Under the pieces are notes generated by a model. That model was not told the origin of the DNA, did not search any database, and saw only the letters and a program-made list of their open reading frames with translations. Positions 58,266-64,000 of a stretch of 64,000 nucleotides of DNA are shown here, piece by piece. This DNA is from a virus (lineage: Duplodnaviria > Caudoviricetes). Position 1 is the stretch's first letter. Each line of letters begins with the position of its first letter. The stretch spans positions 42,522 through 106,521 of the IMG/VR virus record IMGVR_UViG_3300013901_000008. The stretch is one strand, 5' to 3'. The position numbers and the translations under genes were made by a program.

Positions 58266-58700
58266 ATGGAAATAATGATAGTTAGAGAATGGAAGAAAAA
58301 GGACTATACCATTAGTAAGGTATATGTGAATGGTGAGGATTTTCATTGCAACTGCCTGGAGGACACAGATCGTGGTCTGTACCAAGGCATGAGTACCAAA
58401 GATATTCTTGCTGTCAAGGTAAAAGGCAAGACGGCGATACCAAAGGGAACGTACAACGTCATCTACACTTACTCGCCTCGTTTTGGAAAGAAACTTCCTC
58501 TCTTGGAGAATGTCACAGGTTTCGAGGGCATCCGCATTCATAGTGGCAATTCCGCCAAGGACACAGAGGGATGCTTGCTCTTTGGCAAGAATGACAAGGT
58601 GGGTTGGATTAGCAACTCGAAGTTCTGGACAAATAGTCTGATAGATGAGATGAAGAAGGCTTGGGAAATAGGAGAGAAGGTTAGAATAAAGATTGTTTAG
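58266..58700 (+). CDS. DUF5675-like protein (putative Cys peptidase / second lysin)
   Basis: YTIS...CLED.DRGL, TAIPKGTY and FEGIRIHSGN..DTEGCLL.G. Confidence 0.75.
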   Translation: MEIMIVREWKKKDYTISKVYVNGEDFHCNCLEDTDRGLYQGMSTKDILAVKVKGKTAIPKGTYNVIYTYSPRFGKKLPLLENVTGFEGIRIHSGNSAKDTEGCLLFGKNDKVGWISNSKFWTNSLIDEMKKAWEIGEKVRIKIV

Positions 58701-58741
58701 CTATAAGCTTTTTTATCGTGTTAATTAAACATTGTTTCGAT

Positions 58742-58843
58742 GGCTGTTGCTCGGGATGAGTAGCAGCCGTTTTTGCCTTGAGAGAGTCTTGTTTGTTAAA
58801 ACGACAAGCCCTGCTATCCATCGCGGACGGCAGGGCTTTTTAT
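58742..58843. terminator. Two hairpins terminating convergent transcription
   Basis: GGCTGTTGCTC/GAGTAGCAGCC and AAGCCCTGC/GCAGGGCTT with T-runs. Confidence 0.7.
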
Positions 58844-58968
58844 TATAGATTATTTTAGAAATTCGATGTGCTTGCGCACACCGAAAAGACTAAATTCGCT
58901 GCAAAGGTACACATTTCTTGCGAGATACGCAAAATATCACGCACAAAAAGTAGTCTTTCCTTATTTTT

Positions 58969-59487
58969 TTATCTTACCCAGTTGGCTGGAATACTGTTCA
59001 CTTTCACCCAGTACTCGGCACGCTGGTTCGGGTCTGTGCCGTCCGGATAAGTCTTTAGGCGGGTATGACTGTCGTTCGCCCACTCGGCGTGCAAATCCAA
59101 TCGCCAGTTAGCCCAGTAATTGGAAAAGATGAGCAAGTTCTTGTCGCCCGCCACCTGTCCGATGTTACCCGAACGAGATCGGTTGCTGTCTAGCATGTCC
59201 ACCGACTCAAAATTTCCATTATCCTTAATGATCGTGTAGCCTGCACCAGGGTCGTTCTTTTTCGATTCCTCCACCCAGATGCCTTGTAGATAAGACAGGT
59301 TTTCACCCCAATAGGCATAAAACTTCTCACTCTCTTTATTCAGATGCTCGATGATACTCTCATCGTCCTTACTGCAAGCCGAGAGAGATACGGTAGATAC
59401 CAGGGCTGCGATGCCCATTGCCATCGACGTAGATAGCCCGATGATGCGCTTGCGCCATCCACCTCGTAAAGTTGTAGATTTCTTCAT
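58969..59487 (-). CDS. Surface lipoprotein (moron; candidate superinfection exclusion)
   Basis: Basic N-terminus, hydrophobic stretch, lipobox LSAC followed by SKDDE (Bacteroidetes surface export signal); own TATCTTTG promoter at 59534-59541 (-). Confidence 0.75.
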   Translation of the reverse strand: MKKSTTLRGGWRKRIIGLSTSMAMGIAALVSTVSLSACSKDDESIIEHLNKESEKFYAYWGENLSYLQGIWVEESKKNDPGAGYTIIKDNGNFESVDMLDSNRSRSGNIGQVAGDKNLLIFSNYWANWRLDLHAEWANDSHTRLKTYPDGTDPNQRAEYWVKVNSIPANWVR

Positions 59488-59688
59488 AATTCTTAGTTTT
59501 TTATTTTTCTTTATCTTCATTTCTTCTTCGCTGCAAAGATACGCAAAAAGAATGAGACTGCAATGGAATGTGACGGGAAAAATACATTCGGGCGAAAGAT
59601 AAGATGTATTTTCGGTTGAAGCAAGGGTGTAATGAATGTTGAAGCAAGGGTGCAATGAATGTTGATAGAGACGTTTGCCTATCTGTGG

Positions 59689-59725
59689 TTTGTCCCTACC
59701 GTTTATAGGGATTTTCGTACCTTTG
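59689..59725 (+). promoter_or_regulatory. Putative late-type promoter
   Basis: TTTGTCCC 59689-59696, N21, TACCTTTG 59718-59725; shares TTTGTCCCTACCGTTTAT with the copy at 55-72 (-). Confidence 0.75.
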
Positions 59726-59769
59726 CATCAGAGAAAATCCAAAGGGAGATTTCGTGTCTTTCGACCGGA

Positions 59770-60105
59770 GAAAGCTCGCAAAAAGAAATCAAAGAGAACT
59801 CGCAGAAAACTCGCAGCGAACTCACGGAAAACTCTCAGCGAACTCACAGAAAACTCACGGAAAACTCAAACGAGAATTTCAGTGAAAAATCTCGGTTTTC
59901 GGATGGATTCTTAGAGAAGCCGTCGTGAAATAACCATGAAATATCCATGAAATATCCATGAAATATCCATGGAAGCCGTTTTGGAGAAAACTCGGAGTAA
60001 AATTTCGGGTAATTTCTTAGGTGATTTCTTAGGCGATTTCTTGGGTGATTTCTTGGTTGATTTCGATATGTTGATTTCTCCGATGATTTCGATGCGGTTT
60101 CTCCT
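59770..60105. repeat. Compound array of 11-bp (AACTC core), 11-bp (CCATGAAATAT) and 12-bp (GATTTC core) repeats
   Basis: Repeats read directly from sequence; no credible ORF. Confidence 0.85.
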
Positions 60106-60159
60106 GATGGGTCTGGTCTCGTAGAATAAAAATATAAACCTTTAAAATTTCTTTCGCTT

Positions 60160-60681
60160 ATGGCAAAAGTTAATTTTGCACCCGATATTGAATCCATATC
60201 GGGCAAGCTCTGCTCCAAGAGCGGAGTAATCTATTCCGTCAATAAACAGACGGGCAACACTTATCGTTCCGAGCGTCACGAGCACACGGATGCCAACACC
60301 GAGGCACAGCAGCAGGTAAGAACGGCTTTCGTAACCCGTGCCAAGTTTGCCGCAGCATGGTGGAACGCCAACAAGCCTTCCTCCAAGCAACCTAAGGGTA
60401 GCGACAACTACCAGCTTGTAATCAAGGCTTACAAGAGCCAGCACAAGATTGGCAACCCTTTCGGCTACCTTCGCACGCTGGTGGGTGATGATATGAAGGT
60501 GCGCCTCGGCGACCTCGACATCACAGGCAATGTGAAGGCTCCTGCATCGGCAGGTAGCTCTACATCGGGTGGCAGCGGCTCTACTGGTTCGGGTGGCTCT
60601 GCTTCCGGTGGTTCGGGTAGCGGCTCTACTGGTTCGGGTGGCTCTGGTTCGAGTGGTAGTGACAGCACAGACGAGGGATAA
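60160..60681 (+). CDS. DUF6266-like basic protein with Gly/Ser-rich tail
   Basis: MAKV...ISGKL...G.TY...TEAQQQVRTAF motif; GSGSTGSGGS repeats. Confidence 0.65.
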   Translation: MAKVNFAPDIESISGKLCSKSGVIYSVNKQTGNTYRSERHEHTDANTEAQQQVRTAFVTRAKFAAAWWNANKPSSKQPKGSDNYQLVIKAYKSQHKIGNPFGYLRTLVGDDMKVRLGDLDITGNVKAPASAGSSTSGGSGSTGSGGSASGGSGSGSTGSGGSGSSGSDSTDEG

Positions 60682-60711
60682 TCTCTTCCCTCGCCCATGG
60701 TGCGAACGGAT

Positions 60712-60746
60712 GGCCTCCTCTCGCCGATCGGAGAGGGGAGGCCTTT
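60712..60746 (+). terminator. GC-rich hairpin after the 60160 ORF
   Basis: GGCCTCCTCTC / GAGGGGAGGCC stem. Confidence 0.6.
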
Positions 60747-60913
60747 GATGAAGGAAAAATTCGATTTGATAATTTTAGTGTCATTTTGCTTAATTCTGGT
60801 GCATTTGTCCGTGAGGATGGATGCACTTTTTGTTGTTTTCATGTTTCTTATGCGAAGACTACGTTCCGTTTTTAGTTTCATTTCTTAAATTTGATACGAT
60901 TTTTGGCGAAAAG

Positions 60914-60945
60914 TTTGGTGGTTCCGATGAAATTGCGTATCTTTG
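60914..60945 (+). promoter_or_regulatory. Canonical Bacteroidetes sigma-A promoter for the antirepressor operon
   Basis: TTTG 60914-60917, N20, TATCTTTG 60938-60945. Confidence 0.8.
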
Positions 60946-61079
60946 CAGCGTCTAAAAATTTTCAATAAAAGCCACAAAGGTGTGTCTTGACCTGTTCGTC
61001 TAAAGAAGATGATGTGGTCTTGATACAGGAAATCGCATATACTATCATCCTGTGTGTATGTATAGGATATTAAGAGATA

Positions 61080-61175
61080 GCTGTGTGTACTCCCTTGCCT
61101 ATGGGTGTAATGCCCTGGGCGTAGTTTCTTCTGTGGCTTTGAAGACTATTAGACAGAGGGCGAGGTGCGCACAGC
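61080..61175 (+). ncRNA. Putative C4/CI-like antisense RNA
   Basis: Closing stem 61080-61090/61165-61175; internal TGTGGCTTT and TTAGAC are complementary to duplicated targets at 60950-60976 and 61285-61317. Confidence 0.65.
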
Positions 61176-61317
61176 CTTTTATTTTATGCGATAGCGGAAT
61201 CCTATATATGATATGTATCTTGTATGCGTAAGTATCATATGGCGGTTTTCTCTCTCTCGTATATATAATTAATGTATGCGCAAATGTCTAACAATATTTT
61301 AAATTATTAAAGCCACA

Positions 61318-61536
61318 ATGAACAGACAAACGACGATTACCCTTCCTTTGGGTAAGGCTGACCTACAGATGGCAGCCACGGCAGTGATTGAGCAGCTTGC
61401 CACTGCACCACCCGATTTCTCACAGATGAGCCAAGAGCGAGTTATCTCCTACACGATGGGTGTGGAGGTGCTTTGCGAGTGCCTGCGCTCCACGTTTGAT
61501 GAACCTATCCAAGCCTTCACGGGCACCGAGGGATAG
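61318..61536 (+). CDS. Small leader protein (icd/kil-like position)
   Basis: 72 aa; ATG directly follows the antisense target AAAGCCACA. Confidence 0.6.
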   Translation: MNRQTTITLPLGKADLQMAATAVIEQLATAPPDFSQMSQERVISYTMGVEVLCECLRSTFDEPIQAFTGTEG

Positions 61537-61685
61537 GCAAAAAGAAAGTTGAAAGAAACTTTGCATAAACTTTCTTTCATCTTTCACCTTTCATTTTTCT
61601 CGTTTTACCAAAAGGTAAAATGAGGATGGAATATCTACAAAAGTAATTAGTTTTTAATAAGAACAATTTAAAAAGAAGAGAAATC

Positions 61686-62393
61686 ATGGTGAACAATAAG
61701 TTTCAGCTTACCAAGCAGAGCAGTGAGAGCGAGATAAAGGCTTACTTTATCCAGGTGTTGAACCTTGCAAGAAGTAAGGAGGAGTTTCCGGTGAACCTTG
61801 ATGAGGTTTGGCCGTTGGTATATGCTCGCAGAGACAAGGCTGTATCATCATTGCGTAATAGTGATTTATTTGTGGAAGGTCTTGATTATCAAGTTTTCCA
61901 CCAAAAGGTGGAAAACCTCGGTGAGTTTTCCACCGAATTAGGGAAAACCCAAAACAAGCATAATAAGAATGGTAAAAACTTAGGTGGCCGTCCTTTGAAC
62001 ACCTACATGCTTTCCGTCCCTTGCTTGGAGTTCTTCATCGCCCGAAAGGTGCGCCCTGTCTTCGAGGTGTATCGCCAGGTATTCCACAAGGTTGCCAACG
62101 GTGGCATTAGTCTGGGCAACCAGCAGTTTCAGTCCACACCGATGAGCTTGGAGGAAACGCTTGCACCTTTGGCTCGCTACAATGCGATGATAGAGGATCG
62201 CTTCGACATACTGAGCGGCACACTTGCACAGGCGGATATTAACGGCGACGAACTGGATAAGATAACAGACCGATGTCGTGCTTACTATCACGCCTACCGA
62301 AATCAGGTAAGCAAGCTGGTGTACGTAGAGACATCCATAAAGTTGGAGGGTCCAGGTGCATTCTCCATGCCCGAAAGAGAATACGTCGAGTAG
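61686..62393 (+). CDS. Phage antirepressor-like DNA-binding protein
   Basis: FPVNLDEVWPLVY...F.EGLDYQ...GGRP...Y.LSV.CLEFFIARKVRPVFEVYRQVFH (AntA/KilA-like N domain). Confidence 0.75.
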   Translation: MVNNKFQLTKQSSESEIKAYFIQVLNLARSKEEFPVNLDEVWPLVYARRDKAVSSLRNSDLFVEGLDYQVFHQKVENLGEFSTELGKTQNKHNKNGKNLGGRPLNTYMLSVPCLEFFIARKVRPVFEVYRQVFHKVANGGISLGNQQFQSTPMSLEETLAPLARYNAMIEDRFDILSGTLAQADINGDELDKITDRCRAYYHAYRNQVSKLVYVETSIKLEGPGAFSMPEREYVE

Positions 62394-62427
62394 TGCGATT
62401 TCTGGAGAATGACGTGAGTAAAGATGA

Positions 62428-62477
62428 AGGGCATAGCCTATGTTGCGATATGTTTTTCGCAAACAAGGCTATGCCCT
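62428..62477. terminator. Hairpin between convergent genes
   Basis: AGGGCATAGCCT / AGGCTATGCCCT perfect 12-bp stem. Confidence 0.75.
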
Positions 62478-62508
62478 CCTTTTGTTTCTTTCTGTTGGTG
62501 CATATCAC

Positions 62509-63045
62509 CTATTCTTCGGGCAGCAGTACCACTCCTACCCTTACTTTCTTGCCGCAATGTGGGCAGAATGTGGTTACTGGCATCACGTCCTGCGAGGCTG
62601 GTGTCTTGATGATATGCTCGTCGATGTCGGCAGGGGATAGTGGGGAGAAGATGTCTTCTTGCGATAAAGATGGCATACCTGCATACATGCCCATTTGCTC
62701 TGACGATTCATCCTTGCGTTCCGATGGGTCTGGGAGATTGATTTCACCATTCAGCATTTTCTTCATTTCGTGAGCCATGATGTCTTTGTTTGTAACTGAT
62801 GATGAAATTTGCGGAGTAGCTTGGTCTTCGGCGGGAAATAACTCTGTGATTTTTACACCGAGGGCGTTTGCCAATTCATATAGGTTGCTAAGGGTTGGGT
62901 TCCCGTTGATGCGTCCACATAACGTTGATTTAGTTAATAGCTTGCCGTCAGACGATTGTGCGGCTATGCGCTCTGCCAAATCCCCAAGGGTCAAACCCTT
63001 CGACTTTAATATCTCTGTGATACGTAAGTTATTTTTTTTAGCCAT
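62509..63045 (-). CDS. XRE-family HTH regulator with C-terminal Zn ribbon (candidate repressor)
   Basis: RITEILKSKGLTLGDLAERI...NGNPTLSNLYELANALGV; FCPHCGK; start moved to MAKKNN; TATCTTTG promoter at 63086-63093 (-). Confidence 0.85.
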   Translation of the reverse strand: MAKKNNLRITEILKSKGLTLGDLAERIAAQSSDGKLLTKSTLCGRINGNPTLSNLYELANALGVKITELFPAEDQATPQISSSVTNKDIMAHEMKKMLNGEINLPDPSERKDESSEQMGMYAGMPSLSQEDIFSPLSPADIDEHIIKTPASQDVMPVTTFCPHCGKKVRVGVVLLPEE

Positions 63046-63162
63046 ATTATTTTTATTATATAGTTTTATTGTTCTTTTCGGGTGCAAAGATACATAAATT
63101 TTAGAATAAAAACGAATAATACGACAAATATTTGAGTTAAAACGAAAATATTTCGATTTTTG

Positions 63163-63194
63163 TTTGTTTATTTCAGAAATAATATATACATTTG
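63163..63194 (+). promoter_or_regulatory. Rightward sigma-A promoter, antisense to the second XRE gene
   Basis: TTTG 63163-63166, N20, TACATTTG 63187-63194. Confidence 0.55.
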
Positions 63195-63232
63195 CACACG
63201 AAAATAGGTTAATATCGCAAAGATAGGTGTAA

Positions 63233-63679
63233 TTATTCTCCCTCTCCTCTTTTGTTCTCAATCAAATGCGGAACGTTGCACACCAAAAATCGAGTGCCGC
63301 AATTTGGGCAGAGCATTACTTGCTGTGCGTCTTGTGGCGTTTGCCCGAAGAGAGGACCGAGATTAATGCGCTCAATCTCTTTCTTTAGCTCATCATCATT
63401 AGGCTTAGGCTCGTCGATGATGTTGCCATTGGTATCTACGGCAAAGAACATATCTCTTGGGTCTATATCCATTGCCCAGGCAAGCTTGTAGATGGTGGTG
63501 AGCGACGGTCTTCCATCTATGAGTTGACGAATAGCTTGATGGCTGTAACCGATGCGCTCGGCAAGTCGTTTCACCGTCCATCCATTGCGACGCATTGCCT
63601 CGTCAAGTCGGAACTCGGAGGTAGGATGGTACTCCACTTCGAGTATCTTATCTTTCTGCTTAATATCTAAATCTATCAT
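63233..63679 (-). CDS. Second XRE-family HTH regulator with C-terminal Zn ribbon
   Basis: RLDEAMRRNGWTVKRLAERIGYSHQAI...GRPSLTTIYKLAWAMDI; LCPNCG. Confidence 0.85.
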   Translation of the reverse strand: MIDLDIKQKDKILEVEYHPTSEFRLDEAMRRNGWTVKRLAERIGYSHQAIRQLIDGRPSLTTIYKLAWAMDIDPRDMFFAVDTNGNIIDEPKPNDDELKKEIERINLGPLFGQTPQDAQQVMLCPNCGTRFLVCNVPHLIENKRGEGE

Positions 63680-63711
63680 AACTATATAGGGATTAAATTG
63701 TTATCCGTATG

Positions 63712-63748
63712 CAAAGGTAAGATTTTTTATATAAAATAGTGGGACAAA
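63712..63748 (-). promoter_or_regulatory. Putative late-type promoter driving the second XRE gene
   Basis: Reverse complement of 63741-63748 is TTTGTCCC, N21, reverse complement of 63712-63719 is TACCTTTG. Confidence 0.72.
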
Positions 63749-64000
63749 ACAGATTGTTTTTGTATGGTTTTGTGTAAAAAATATTGTTTTGAGATGCGAA
63801 AACGTAGGTTTTATATTGCGTTTTTGCACGCTTGGCAGCCTTTTGTGTGGTAATGGAATAATGTATTTTACCCTGAAAAATACCAGATATTCCGAAATGC
63901 GTAAAAAAGCTTTTTTGTTAGTTGCATCCGACACATCAAACTAAGTGATTATTTGTTAGAGTTTGATGTTTCGGGAAAGCCCCCCTCGCAGAAGAAAGAG

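Larger units (their letters stand above)
1..64000. mobile_element. Bacteroidales (Prevotella-like) tailed phage or prophage segment; boundaries lie outside the window
   Basis: Tape measure, capsid, protease/scaffold, portal, lysin, holin, tail fibre, DGR, antirepressor and XRE genes span the window; no contiguous host housekeeping block. Confidence 0.93.

Noticed and set aside
59770-60105. CRISPR array, or the ORFs 59659..59928, 59675..59914 and 59844..60218 as proteins
   Set aside because: Tandem 11-12 bp units without unique spacers; the ORFs are low-complexity translations of the repeats
1-64000. Alternative genetic code (stop codon reassignment)
   Set aside because: Long genes are intact under the standard code and TAA, TAG and TGA all serve as stops

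Overview
The whole 64 kb looks like part of one tailed (siphovirus-like) phage or prophage of a Bacteroidales host, probably Prevotella/Segatella. The host call is inferred from TAnnTTTG promoters, AT-rich leaders without Shine-Dalgarno sites, and the protein families. Virion modules (holin/tail completion/tape measure; protease-scaffold/capsid/tail tube; lysin/portal/connector/tail; tail fibre) alternate with early modules (primase-like gene, guanylate kinase, ThyX, MazG, many hypotheticals). The window holds a complete diversity-generating retroelement: a VR in a 1976-aa tail-associated protein, avd, TR and RT. No terminase, integrase, att site, tRNA, rRNA or CRISPR array was seen. The most unusual items are: (1) a LysR gene followed by a six-gene, largely Cys-rich operon with spore-coat-like motifs; (2) a beta-ketoacyl synthase plus acyl carrier protein pair inside the tail operon; (3) a promoter class TTTGTCCC-N21-TAnnTTTG found 7 times at identical spacing; (4) a C4/CI-like antisense RNA architecture upstream of an antirepressor; (5) a CotH-kinase-like domain in the DGR target; (6) a whole-codon length difference between TR and VR; (7) stand-alone mini-ORFs resembling methyltransferase target-recognition segments; and (8) a likely -1 frameshift extension of the tail tube protein. 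All family assignments come from motif recognition by eye, not from database searches.
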